From contig OZ024745.1 of NCBI GenBank assembly GCA_964016885.1, positions 50,282,001 through 50,346,000 on the forward strand: a stretch of 64,000 nt of DNA, written 5' to 3'. A program made the position numbers and the translations under genes. Numbering within the stretch: the stretch's first letter is position 1; the number at the start of each line of letters is the position of its first letter. Shown here in pieces: positions 41,139 to 54,959 of this stretch. This DNA comes from Eledone cirrhosa. Its lineage: Eukaryota. The notes under the pieces are model-generated. The model saw only the letters and a list, made by a program, of their open reading frames with translations. It did no database searches and was not told where the DNA came from.

Positions 41139-41416
41139 TACATATACATATATATTAATAACAATAATAATAATAACGACAACAACAATAATAATATACA
41201 TATATATATACGCACACACATAAACATATCTATACACACACACACGATAGCAACTAACAGCGCTGCGATCGAATGTGGCTTTTTAGCCCAGCCAATGATC
41301 TAAAATGTCTTGCACAGAGTCGGCAACCAAAACATTCACTGGAAATAGCCGGCTGTGGTTGGAGTTCATGTACTTTTGCATGTCGTTTGAGCCCTCATAC
41401 ATACATACATACATAC

Positions 41417-41917
41417 ATGGTGGCTGCCAACTCGTTTTCGAGTACGGCCACTACTTTATATCCGTGTAGGAGAACCCCTACCGATGCGCTGAACGAGTGT
41501 GACTTTTTAGTCCAGCCAGCGACTTGAAAACTCTGGTACAAACACTACACTTGTGACAATTATGGACACATAGTGCTGAGCCCATGGTACCATGTGACGA
41601 CAAGTGCGGAGAGATCTCCAGATATAAAGTAATGCCTGTGCCGTGAAGCTTTTATAGTGATCAAAGGCACTGCACAAAGCCAGTCCCACTCTCTTAACCA
41701 ATATGATATTTACCAAAAAGAAGAACAAGTCAACATCATTGGATACCATCAGGGTTGCAGGTGTTATATCAGAGTTTTCCTTCTCCTAGAATTCTGCCTT
41801 GACAAAGGCTAAGGGGTCATCTCTCCCGGTGATTTTGGATGGCCATTGACTCTTAAGAGCTCATTTACCCTTTGACAGGTTTTGTTTTTAGTCCTGCAGG
41901 ATGTCCAAAGTCACCCT
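41417..41917 (-). mobile_element. Family T1 (TGTA)n-tailed element
   Basis: Reverse complement of 31420-31921, with (TACA)n on both sides. Confidence 0.8.
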
Positions 41918-42281
41918 ATACATACATACATACATACATACATACATACATACATACATACATACACACATACATACATACAAACAAACACGCACGCATA
42001 CATGCATCGACCTGTAACTCTTGATGGAGTCGCACTGGTGCCATATTGGCATACGGCGTTTCTTGGGCATTTTAAAACCGGGCAGAGCCCACCCTCTCTC
42101 CACACCTTAATACAGCTTGGCACTAGTGACATCGCAACTTATTTCTACAGTTGTGTCAACTGGAGAAACGTGATATAAAGAACACAACACACAGTCTGGT
42201 CCGGGAATCGAACTCACAACCTCAAGATTCTAAGCTCGACGCTCTAATCACGAAGCCATGTGCCTTCACTATATATATATA

Positions 42282-42405
<124 letters not shown>

Positions 42406-43149
42406 TGTGTGCGTGTGTATGTGTTCGCCCACGCATAAGTAGATTCAACATGACACAATGTTACCCTTTGAAATACGACTACACTCCATGTTTTGGGCTT
42501 CCAATCAGTCTTTGTCTACCCAGTTTCACTCGCAAGGCGTGGGTCAATGACACTTGCCCAAGATATCACACCGTGGAATCGAATCTCGGACCTTATGATT
42601 GTCGAATTATTTAGCGACCGCTATTTCACAATATTGATCTATTGAACAAGGGAATTTCCTCAAACGACAAATCAAATATGGTAATTGTTAGTACCAATAA
42701 AAGTATTTCTCTATATCGATCTATTAATCAGGGAATTTCTCATCAGTATATTTGGTTACTCTCACTGTATCAACAACACCATTTATATATTTAGAACATA
42801 TTTTTTATTGATTCTAAGATATTTTTAGCTTTCATTGTGGAAAACACAACTGCTAGAAAAGTCGGTAATGGTCAAGCATTCCTTATCGATTTATCGATTT
42901 ATTGATTTTGATGTAATGACCAGCATTGGCTGTGCAGGTTGTTAAGGACATTAACATAGATTTTACAGGACTTCCCTAAATATAAATAGAATGTTCATCG
43001 TTGAAACTGGTGGAGGATCCATCATTAGCTGCTATTTTTTGCAGGTCGGATGACTGCGTAGAGGATGCTGTCTGGTCGGTGCAGTATAGTTAGTACAGTG
43101 GTGTGGTCAACCAAGGGCTATAGGGGTGTCCATGTCTGTCATTGGGATG

Positions 43150-43490
43150 GACCTCCGTCGGTTCCGTCGATGAGTGTTCCAGTTGTTTGATCAAGGAAAC
43201 AGCCTGCTTATGAAATTAACGTGTAAGTAGCTCAGCATTCCACAGACACGTGTTCGCTTAACGTAATTATCGGGAGATTCAGCGTGACCTAATATGTGAC
43301 AATGCTGGTCCTTTTTAATTACGACTACAGTCCATCCGGTGGACTTCCAAACAGTTTCTATCTACCCATTTTTACTTAAAAGGCATGGGTCCAACCGAAG
43401 CTATGGTAAATGATATTTTGCCACGCTGTGATATCCAACTCGGAAACTAATGATTGCGAAGAACACTTCTTAACTATTCGATCATGCTGC
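43150..43490 (-). mobile_element. Old SINE family B-related composite
   Basis: GATGAGTGTTCCAGTTG..CAGCCTG..GAAATTAACGTG..CCACAGACACGTG, also seen at about 28735-29170, 39935-40070 and 50160-50500. Confidence 0.55.
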
Positions 43491-45124
43491 GTTCACATAG
43501 TTTGGCGTATAGTTATTACAGTAGCATGGCCAACCTGGGTTTCTAGGAGTGCCCATGAGTGTCGTTAACAGATTCATGTCTGTACGTGTGTACATGTTAA
43601 AAGAGCAGGTGTGTTATATTTAAGTTTTGTTGTTCTACAACTGCCATGTGAGCTTGAATGACCTCTGGCCTTTGGCCTTTCAAGCAAGCGTAATTATACA
43701 CATATAAGATTGATTGACTAAAAAAGCATTGGGAAATTTGAAATTTGAAAATATAATCGCCACAATGGAGATAACTATAATAATAATTGGTCACTATAAA
43801 TAATAGTTGAATAAATCGGATAAAATACCTTTGGAGACGGAAAAAATTGGACAGAGACGAATGCGGAGAAGAGTAATCATGATTTTCATTTTTGGCATTC
43901 TCCGAGGGTTGTTAATTGGCAGAACCATTAGAGCGTCGGACAAAATGCTTTGCGAAATTTTTTCCAGCTCTCTGCATTTTGAGTTCCCATCCCATCAAAG
44001 CTTTGTTTGTTTTTTTTTTATCTTTCTTTTTGCCTAGTTTAAAAATCAGTTTCGGCACTCTCTAATTGTTGTGGTTGAAGTTTTGCAGAGTATGAAATGT
44101 CTAAAGGGTGCACAGATTGTTGTTGGCGGCGTTAGTGTTGCTGTTTGATTGTTGTTGTTATTGGTGTTTCTGATGTTGTTGTTGTTGGTGGTGGTGTTAC
44201 TGGTGGTGCTGTTGTTGTTGCTGTATTATCAAATTCAATAATTTTCTATTATTTTTCTTTCTAGGACAACAAGTTGATTACATTTGCACCAAGACAGACA
44301 ACCAAGGAAATCAACCCAATCCATCCATGGGTCCTGAACACGTGGTGGAGTCATAGGCGCACAATCACACGGAGTCTCTTGGGTATTTTTTTATATCTGG
44401 TAGAGCCCATCCTTCTCCCTAGCCTGAACTCAACAAATTTCTTCCAAGCAAAAATTGAGAAAGAGAGATACCAGAAAAACTGACCCCATTAGAGGATTGG
44501 TACTTCATTTTATAGACACTGAAAGGATGAAATGTTTAATTCGGCAGGATTTGAACTCAGAGCGTAAAGAACCGAAATGAATATTGCCAAAGCATTCTAT
44601 AGGACGTTCTAATAACTCTGTCAAGTTACCACCTATTACCAAGAAAATATTAGAACAACTATACAAGTGTGTATTAAACACACAAAACATGCACTGAATG
44701 AAGGGCTCATGCATTGTTTATAAAGTCAATATAATATTTATTATATTAATTGTAATTGTTTACTTCAAAGTTTCGCTGATGTTACTGACTTTTCAAAACA
44801 ATCAAAATATTAGGGTAAGTATATTAACATAAAAGAAGGAAAAGGTCAAGATAAAACAGACAACACGATAATACAAGGGAAGCAAAGCGCAAGAATAAAC
44901 TTTTTTTTTTTTTTTTGAATTGCAATAGTAATATATTAACTCTCAGCACCGTCTATCGGCTGTACAAAGTAAGAAAATAACAATTTTTAACTAAATCAAT
45001 TGAAACTAAAGAATGTCTTCGTTAGAAGTTGCATCTACCAGTAGTATGAAACAAGTAAGTATAACTATATAATTATATAGCATTGACTGTTCAACCAGGA
45101 GGAAAAAAATTCATAGTGTTGCAT

Positions 45125-45310
45125 ATCATCATCATCATCATCATCATCACTGTCTAACGTCTATTTTCCATGTTTGCGTGAATTAGACAGGCAGTCACGT
45201 TATGAGGCTAGACATGTCAGGTGACCACGTCTTGTTCATACATTTCGTTTTTCGCTTGGTTTTCTACGGCTGAATGCCCTTCCTAACGCCAACCAGTGTA
45301 CAGCGTGGAC
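45125..45310 (-). mobile_element. RTE-type 3' UTR fragment with (ATC)n tail
   Basis: TTTCTACGGCTGAATGCCCTTCCTAACGCCAACCA is the reverse-complement homologue of 18590-18630. Confidence 0.6.
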
Positions 45311-45460
45311 TGTAAAATTATTTCGTGGTACCAGCATTATCACCTTTCAGGATGAACTGTTCAATTGGGGGTAATCACAGTAAGTAAGGTTCTCAATATG
45401 ATGGGTTCCTTTGAATGAAACAGTTCTAGCCCTTCAGAAGCCATTTCTATATTAAATTTG

Positions 45461-45494
<34 letters not shown>

Positions 45495-45498
45495 CAAA

Positions 45499-45537
<39 letters not shown>

Positions 45538-45662
45538 AAACAGCGGGGACGCACAAGACGAAGACAACGGAAAAATGGACAGTCCCTTCTAGTCAGTCAA
45601 CCTCTGCTATACCATGCATAGTATAGAAAGCCACATCGGACACTAGAATAGTTCCTTTATTT

Positions 45663-45700
45663 TCCTCGGAAGAAGAGATATTAATCTCGAAATATCAGGA
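45663..45700 (+). ncRNA. Minimal hammerhead motif with one core change (CGGAAGA)
   Basis: TCCT-CGGAAGA-A-GAGAT-ATTA-ATCTC-GAAA-TA-TC-AGGA. Confidence 0.55.
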
Positions 45701-45797
45701 CATGTGAATAAATTAACGTAAAAAAACAACCCGTCTTTTACGATTTTATCATTTTCCGTCCAAACCTACATTGCCGTGGCTTTCAAACTTTGAATTC

Positions 45798-45898
<101 letters not shown>

Positions 45899-45899
45899 G

Positions 45900-46154
45900 T
45901 GAGACATCAGAAGTGTTACTAATGACAACAGACAGTAACAATTACTATAAATAACTAGAAACCATCAGTCGTGTCAAAACATAAGACACTGCTGTGTTTA
46001 AACTGTAAACATTAAACTCAATATTTATTGTGAACACTTTACTTTAGAATCAATTGTCAAACAAACATATATATATATGTATAGTGAAAAATGGAACGGG
46101 AACAAAACAGAGAGGCAGTACGAACAAAGTTTTATTAGTTTCACGCTCTTGAGA

Positions 46155-46203
<49 letters not shown>

Positions 46204-46302
46204 AGTTAATATAAATTAATATATTTGATAAACACAAATACCAACATATCCATGTTTGTATTGTAAATGACTAAGTTAGCTAGATTGAAAAATACTAATT
46301 AT

Positions 46303-46364
<62 letters not shown>

Positions 46365-46766
46365 AGAGTAAATAACAACAACAAGGAGTACAGTTACGAA
46401 AGGTGTTAGGTATTAGGTTCACGCTTGAGAGTGGAGGGTGGTGGGGGATATTTATACATATATAATAGCTGTAAATATTAACAGTGCCTGGAAAGGTAAG
46501 AGATTCGTGCTTAAGTGCATTCTTCAAAACCCTCGAGTCATTGGTATAACTTCGCGGCTATAGTAAAACTACAGAATTCTATATTCATATTTTAAATGTT
46601 TGTTTGACAATTGATTCTAAAGTAAAGTGTTCACAATAAATATTGAGTTTAATGTTTACAGTTTAAACACAGCAGTGTCTTATGTTTTGACACGACTGAT
46701 GGTTTATAGTTATTTATAGTAATTGTTACTGTCTGTTGTCATTAGTAACACTTCTGATGTCTCACA
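45900..46766. repeat. ~170-bp near-perfect inverted duplication
   Basis: 45900-46068 is the reverse complement of 46596-46766. Confidence 0.85.
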
Positions 46767-46789
46767 TCATCACCAATATTACTATGTTT

Positions 46790-47290
46790 TACTGGTAAAT
46801 CTTTGTCTATTCGATGTAATATTACAGAACTCGTTGTACACTAAAATATATAGGTTTGGTGTAATACAACATAGCTTTTGGTGCACTAAAATGTGCACGT
46901 TTGATGTAATACTAGAGAACATGTTGTGCATTAGGGTGTGCATATTTTGATGTGATCCGACTGAACTGGTTGTGCAATAAAAATATGCACATTTGATGTA
47001 ATAATTGTTTCTACTTTAGGTACAAGGCCAGCAATTACCCAGTGCATTACTGGTACTTTATTTTATCGACCCTGTAAGGATGAAAGGCAAAGTTAACCTC
47101 GGCGGGATTTGAACTCAGAATGGAAAGGGCCGTAACTCTATGCTGCAAAGCATGGCGTCAGACCCTCTAACGATTCTGCGAAGTCACCGCCCTTTAATAA
47201 TACAGAAATGATAGTGCAATAAACATATGCACATTTGATGCACTACTACAGAAGGCGTGGTGCATTAAACCTGTATCTATTTGATTGGTT
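46790..47290. repeat. Degenerate ~45-bp tandem repeat interrupted by a SINE
   Basis: About 6-7 units of TTTGATGTAATA..CAGAAC..GTTGTGCA.TAAAA.ATGCACA. Confidence 0.65.
47000..47193 (-). mobile_element. SINE family A
   Basis: Reverse copy inserted in the 45-bp array. Confidence 0.85.
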
Positions 47291-47666
47291 ATCTCAAGAC
47301 AACTGATTTAACATATATCAAATGTGAAATGAAGGATAGAAAATACAAGAAACACTCATAATGGTTACATTGTTGCTAGACCACGTGATTTTAGTAAACG
47401 TATCGTATATTAATATATTGGATCGACTTCAGTACATGACTGATATAGGCGAAGTTGATACCTAGAAATATTTGAACTCAGATCATGAATCAATAAAACT
47501 AAATACTGAAATGTAATTAAATCTATCGATCTATCGATCTGTCATTTCTATCACTTCATCGTACTAAATTCTCTAAATTAAAGATAGAAACCTCCTCCAA
47601 AATATAAATGTATATTAGACAATTTATTGAAATAATGTATGTTTGTGTTCGGTTATCGTTTCATAG

Positions 47667-48236
47667 GTTCGGATATGTCCCAGTGTGAAGTCAGATGTCA
47701 CCGACGGCACTGGGGACGGAGGTAGTACAACCGTACAAAAACAACGTCGAACTTCAGTTTTTCCCAACACTCATCGAAGACGCTCGTCCTTCCAGTTCAA
47801 ACCACTGACCATGTCTAACTTCCATCGGTTGAGTATGGCTACCAGTAGTGACATAGAGTGCTTGCCAAAAATCCGACAGCAGAACACCTATCGAATCGAC
47901 CCTAATCCCGAGAGCAAGTTTGTCGAATCTAAAGTAAAGAACGCCGTGTATGAATATCTGTGTGAAGAACTGACAAACGTTGACTACAGTGACAAAGATT
48001 GGAGACTGAAAACAAGAGACATTGGTGACCAACTGAGAAACCAAATCAAGTCCCTCGGTTTTCTCAGGTATAAAATCATTGTTAAAGTTCTCATCAATCC
48101 CAAAGGCAGAAACAATGATTTGATCTTTGGCAGTCGATGTCTGAGCGACCCAGAGCGGGATCGAACTGTGACGGTCTTATTCTCCAATGACACACTATCA
48201 GCCGTGGTTTGTGTTTATGCTATGTACTACGATTAA
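47667..48236 (+). CDS. Tctex1-domain-containing protein (dynein light chain Tctex-type, TCTEX1D1/DYNLT5-like), terminal or only coding exon
   Basis: Frame is open from the acceptor TTTCATAG|GTT (47667) to TAA at 48236. Motifs QNTYRIDP..KF..VK, IKSLGFLRYKIIVKV, SRCLSD and FSNDTLSAVVCVYAMYYD. The first in-frame ATG is at 47811 (ACCATG). AATAAA lies near 48632. Confidence 0.85.
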   Translation, partial: VRICPSVKSDVTDGTGDGGSTTVQKQRRTSVFPNTHRRRSSFQFKPLTMSNFHRLSMATSSDIECLPKIRQQNTYRIDPNPESKFVESKVKNAVYEYLCEELTNVDYSDKDWRLKTRDIGDQLRNQIKSLGFLRYKIIVKVLINPKGRNNDLIFGSRCLSDPERDRTVTVLFSNDTLSAVVCVYAMYYD

Positions 48237-48350
48237 CTACAAACACTACTAACACTACTTACATTGCTTGGCAACGGCTAACACGAGACTTTACACTCAA
48301 TGACTAACAGGGAGAAGTGGAGGTATTATATATATATATATATATATACA

Positions 48351-48559
<209 letters not shown>

Positions 48560-49131
48560 TAAACTATGCCGATTAATTGCCCTAACTTAAACTCAAACAA
48601 ATCGACACCAATCCAATCCACGATTCCATACAATAAACGTAAACTCAACACACCAGATCCATATCACACTCGAGAGGAAACAAAACTAAACACGCCTTTC
48701 AGAACCATATACAATACATTTATACTGAAGTGAGTGTTTTAAATACCTGTCTACTTAAAACGCTATCATTAATTCATGGGTGTCCTCAATCACAGAAAAA
48801 GACAACAAATTATCCGTGTCATTAACGTGAAATAATGACGTTTCTCACAGACAGAGAAAGGAACCTTAAGTAATGTTTTCATGTAATAAGGATTATTTTA
48901 TAATTAAAATATATTATATACTTTATATAGAACATTGTGTGATACGTGATGCAATGCATTCTAGAAATACAAGAGTGGAAATCAAAGTAAAGTGAGAAAA
49001 ACAAAATAAAACAACAATGTACACAATTTCTTTATATTTTATCAGCAACACACGCTATTTCCTTTCTCGTGAAATATCACTCCTCTACTTCTAGTTTGTA
49101 CTGTATCGGTGTTCCTAAAACACTCCTAACT

Positions 49132-49215
<84 letters not shown>

Positions 49216-49506
49216 TATGTCAGGATGGATTCAGTTTGAAACTGGTTAGACCATTATTCACCAGAGTACTCCATAATTGGGGTAGTACAGTATGGTTATA
49301 TTATAAAGAGTCAGGACCCCGACGGCTGAGCTCTTGCTGTTTCAACAGCTAGTTACAGACTTGAACTACCCCATGGGGTCCTGACTCTTTATATATATAT
49401 ATACATTTCGTTTTTGAATTTGTTTTGCAAGATTTCCTATCTGAAAACGTGTGTTGAAACAGATATTGTTATACTATGGGAGGGTCATGCTGCCAATCAA
49501 AACCCA

Positions 49507-49549
49507 GTCACTGAGGAGGTCACAGAATATGTGACGAAAGAGCTTTGAC
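49507..49549 (+). ncRNA. Type I hammerhead ribozyme motif (family D)
   Basis: GTCA-CTGAGGA-G-GTCACA-GAATA-TGTGAC-GAAA-GAGC-TT-TGAC, inside a cassette with ~34-bp inverted arms (49463-49497 and 49642-49675). Confidence 0.7.
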
Positions 49550-49674
49550 AAAATATAAACAACCATCCGGTTATCGAACCAACCAACCAACTGGAAATTT
49601 ATAATAAATTAAAGTGAAACCCAACAGGTGCGTGTGTTTTTATTGGCAGCATGACTCTCCCAAAGTATAACAAT

Positions 49675-49705
<31 letters not shown>

Positions 49706-50009
49706 CGTACAAGGTGGGTGGAAAGAAACTTCTTATCTAAAATTGTTAAATACATACATACATACACACACACACATGCTGGCAACATCCCATCTACACA
49801 TAGACACGTGCTGATCTCTGACTTTGAAAGGAACAGACTGAAATGTAAAGATTATTGCTTTTTCATTGACCCCCACCTTTGTTTACAATAAAACATCGAT
49901 AAATCAGTGTTTAGTGTTTAGTAAGGTTCAATTGTTTTGATTAATATCGAACACCTGACGGACTTTACTGATTACATTAAAGAAAAGAGCATTGTTATAC
50001 AGCTGCTTC

Positions 50010-50148
<139 letters not shown>

Positions 50149-50517
50149 ACAACAGGGATGCACGTCCACCGGTTTCGACGATGAGTGTTCAAGTTGTTCG
50201 CTCAACGGAGCAGCCTGTCCATGAAATTAATGTGTAAGTGGCTAAGCTTTCCATTGAGACACGTGTACTCTTAACGGAATTCTCGGAGAAATTCAACGTG
50301 ATGCTGAGAGACACGGTTGGTTCCTTGATATTACAGATACAGTCTGTCTGGTGGGCTTCCAAACAGTTTCCATCTACCCAATATCACTCACAAGACAAAG
50401 TTTGTGTCTATAGTAAATGACATTTGCTCAAGATGTCACACAGTGAGATCGAAGACCTAATGTTTGCGAAGTGAATTCCTTAACCATTCGGCATGCTGTG
50501 TCCATTAGCAACAACAA

Positions 50518-50698
50518 ATAATTGTTTCTACTTTTGGCACAAGGCCAGCAATTACCCAGTGTATTACTGGTACTTTATTTTATCGACCCCGTAAGGATGA
50601 AAGACAAAGTTAACCTCGGCGGGATTTGAACTCAGGATGGCAAGGGCCGTAACTCTATGCGTCAAAGCATGGCGTCCGACCCTCTACTGATACTGCCA
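50518..50698 (-). mobile_element. SINE family A with TSD
   Basis: CAAATAAT is present on both flanks. Confidence 0.85.
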
Positions 50699-51146
50699 AA
50701 TAATGTTAGGGAGAACGGTGGTATCCTCAAACTGAGGATCGTAAGGGTCGTAATGCTCGCAACAGAGTGGACTCTGCTACAGGTACACAAGGGGTAGGTG
50801 GCGGTGATTCTACATGCTAGAAATAATACCTAGGTTTTCTTCAAATCACATCTCACCGCTTTATGAAAGGAAAGACACATCGAAGAAATATTTTTCCATG
50901 AATATACTGCACTGCCCCACCACCTCCACCACCACCACCACCACAACAACAACAACAATAGCAATAACACCAACAACAACAACAACAACACCCCTACCAT
51001 CAACAACATCAACAATGTTTAAAGAAAAAATATCGAAAAATTATTTAATGGTAAACGTCCTGGTGTAGGCATTTGTGTATGTGTGTGCGTATATGTATGC
51101 ATGTGTGTATATATGTATGAATGTATGTGTGTATATATATATATAT

Positions 51147-51552
51147 AATGAAGGAAGTGTGGTAAGGAGCCAGGTGGACCATAACGCACCAGAGTACTTG
51201 ATACTTAGGGTAGTAGAGTGGGTAATAGGAAAAAGAGTCGGGAACCCCGACAGCTGAACTCCGGCCGTTTCAACAGTCGAAACGGTCGGAGCTTAGCCGT
51301 CGGGGTCCTGACTCTTTTTCCTATATATATATATATATATATAGGAACGAGTAGGACACCGACGGCTGAGCTCAAGCCGTTTCGACGGCTAATTCTGGAC
51401 TGAATTAGCGTCCAGAATTAGCTGTCGAAACAGCTTGAGCTCAGCCGTCGGGGTCCTACTCGTTCCTATTACCCACTCTACTACCCTAAGTATTGAGTAC
51501 TTTGGTGCGTTATGGTCCATCTGGTTCCTTACCACATTTCCTTCGTTATATA
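51147..51552. mobile_element. Two head-to-head family E fold-back cassettes
   Basis: Each half has its own central palindrome (about 51225-51322 and 51342-51470). The outer ends are reverse complements of each other. Confidence 0.7.
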
Positions 51553-51560
51553 TATATATA

Positions 51561-52470
<910 letters not shown>

Positions 52471-52526
52471 CGTGTGTGTGTGTGTGCGTGTGTGTATGCG
52501 TGTGTGTTCGGTAAGCATTATTTTGA

Positions 52527-52725
52527 TCTGAGTTCAATGGCGGTGGATTGGCAGTATCAGTAGAGGGTCGGATGCCATGCTTTTCAGCATAGTTACGTCC
52601 CTTTACGATCTGAGTTCAAATCCCGCTGAGGTTAACTTTGCCTTTCATCCTTACGGGCTTGATAAAATAAAGTACCAGTAATGCACTGCGTAATTTGCTG
52701 GCCTTGTGCCAAAAGTAGGAACAAT
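52527..52725 (+). mobile_element. SINE family A with TSD (absent from the paralogous copy)
   Basis: ATTATTTTGA is duplicated on both flanks; the empty site is at about 56937-56950. Confidence 0.88.
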
Positions 52726-52953
52726 TATTTTGAATAAGGGCGGTGAATGCCACATGTCTCGGCATGATGACAGTTCATGCTGGAACAATGCGGAATAGAA
52801 TGGAGGTGAGCATCAAAGGTAGACATGAGCACAGGTGGTGACAATGGTTGTGTACCATAGCAAGAGCTAAAAGTAAACACAGCAGGAACAATGGACATCA
52901 ACAACAATGGCAACAACTACGACAGCAGCAGAAGCCGACAGACCGAGGCCATG

Positions 52954-52988
<35 letters not shown>

Positions 52989-53094
52989 TATTGAAGTTTC
53001 CGTTGAAAATTGAAAAAGTCATAAGAGTGAAGAGTGCTCTATGTAAGTTAGAGAGGTAAATTTAGTGTATTATTATACAATACAATATAATTAT

Positions 53095-53160
53095 CTCATT
53101 ACTAGAGGTTTCCCGAATAAGACGAATACAAGAAACGTCCTCATTCGTTCGTCAGACAAG
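53095..53160 (-). ncRNA. Degenerate hammerhead motif (distant family A relative)
   Basis: Reverse complement reads CTTGT-CTGACGA-ACGAATGAGGACG..CGTCTTATTCGG-GAAA-CCTCTAG-TA-ATGAG. Confidence 0.5.
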
Positions 53161-53631
53161 GCAATTTTATATATATATATATATATCTATATCCAAAATT
53201 AAGATAAATTAAGTGAATTTAATCTAAATCAAAATTATGGGTGTCATGCCATAACGGCGTGCGCCATATCACCTATTCACGCCACTGAGACGAAGCTGCT
53301 GTGATGTGTAAACACAACACGTGGTAGCAGCCAGTTGCAGATTTGAACTCGTTGTGTAAGCATGGATTGCTGAAAATTTTTCTTCCTTGTTGATAATCCA
53401 AAAATATCCACTTCCGTGATTTACCATCTGATTAATTGGTGAAATATATTTCTTTAATGGAATATATACAGGGAAGATTAATCATATTAAAAGGTATCTA
53501 TTTTTGAAATTCTAGTCAACTTTATTTTGTTACCTACCTAGCTATGCGTGGTTACACGCTTGTAAAAATTATCTCCTGTGATTATTCATGTTTATATATG
53601 TTAATCAATTTCTAGTTATTATATATATATA

Positions 53632-53775
53632 AGAGGAAGACCAAGGTTAACGTATGTTGATGCCCTAAGGACAGACACTGGTCTGTTGGAGACGCAGGAC
53701 ATGGCAGCGATAATGAGGGACAGAAACCGCTGGAGAGAACTCGTCCATGGATCTCGGGAATTTTACCCGCCTTAG
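53632..53775 (+). mobile_element. Extreme 3' fragment of a LINE ORF
   Basis: RGRPRLTYVDALRTDTGLLETQDMAAIMRDRNRWRELV...stop, embedded in (TA)n. Confidence 0.6.
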
Positions 53776-53806
<31 letters not shown>

Positions 53807-53957
53807 GGAGGTGAGTTTTATTGTAGTACAATAAAGCAATGCAGATATCAAAAAAATGTTTTCCCAATATCACACATCAATCTAAAACTACTTTTCATAT
53901 GTTGATTTAAAACTGCACTATCCACAAGTGTTTTTTAACCTTCATATCTTGTCTTCC

Positions 53958-54028
53958 TATTTTATCTGATGAAAACACAAATGTTATTGCATGATGATAT
54001 TTGTTTTTGAAATGCGCATAATAAAATA
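53958..54028 (+). ncRNA. Type I hammerhead ribozyme motif
   Basis: TATTTTAT-CTGATGA-AAAC-ACAAATGTTAT..ATGATATTTGT-TTTT-GAAA-TGCGCA-TA-ATAAAATA. Stem I is 8 bp and stem III is the palindrome ATGCGCAT. Confidence 0.75.
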
Positions 54029-54222
54029 CATGGAACTCTTTTAACCATCTTTTGATCTTATATATTATATATATATACACAAAGAGGAAAATGCGAAGTT
54101 GAAGATGTTAGGGTCCTTTATTAATTGAGCCGTTATACATATTTCAATGACGATAGATATCGTGATTTCTGTGTGTGTGAGTATGGGTGTATATATATAT
54201 ATGTATGTATATAAATAAATAG

Positions 54223-54317
<95 letters not shown>

Positions 54318-54516
54318 TGCGTGTGTGTGAATGTGTGTGTGCATGTCTGTGCTTGTGTTTCCCCCATTCCTTTCTCTTCTCTCTCCTTTCTTTATATTTG
54401 TAACTGATGAAGGACTAGTGTCCGAAACGGTAAAACTTTTTTCCTGCTATTTCAAGTGTTAAACTAATATATTGCTTCAGTATGTCGTGTCGTTTGGTTT
54501 GTTATTTCTGTTTACC

Positions 54517-54655
<139 letters not shown>

Positions 54656-54768
54656 CTTTGGGAGGGTCATACTTCCAATAAAAAGCATACACACCTGTTG
54701 GGTTTCACTTCAAATTATTATAATTTCCCAGTGGGTTAGTTTATTAATAGGATGGTTGTTTAGTTGTT

Positions 54769-54811
54769 GTCAAAGCTCTTTCGTCACATATTCTGTGTCT
54801 TCCTCAGTGAC
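54769..54811 (-). ncRNA. Type I hammerhead motif (family D)
   Basis: Reverse complement reads GTCA-CTGAGGA-AGACACA-GAATA-TGTGAC-GAAA-GAGC-TT-TGAC. A duplicate is at 58293-58335. Confidence 0.6.
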
Positions 54812-54900
54812 TACTTTTGTTGCCACTTTGTGTCTCTCCTTTGTTCTCTTTTACGCCATCTTCTTTTCAGCTAGAACATCTTGCAAAACAAATACAAAAC

Positions 54901-54959
<59 letters not shown>

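Noticed and set aside
46790-47290. CRISPR-like spaced repeat
   Set aside because: Units are homologous along their whole length with no unique spacers, the context is eukaryotic and no cas genes are present.
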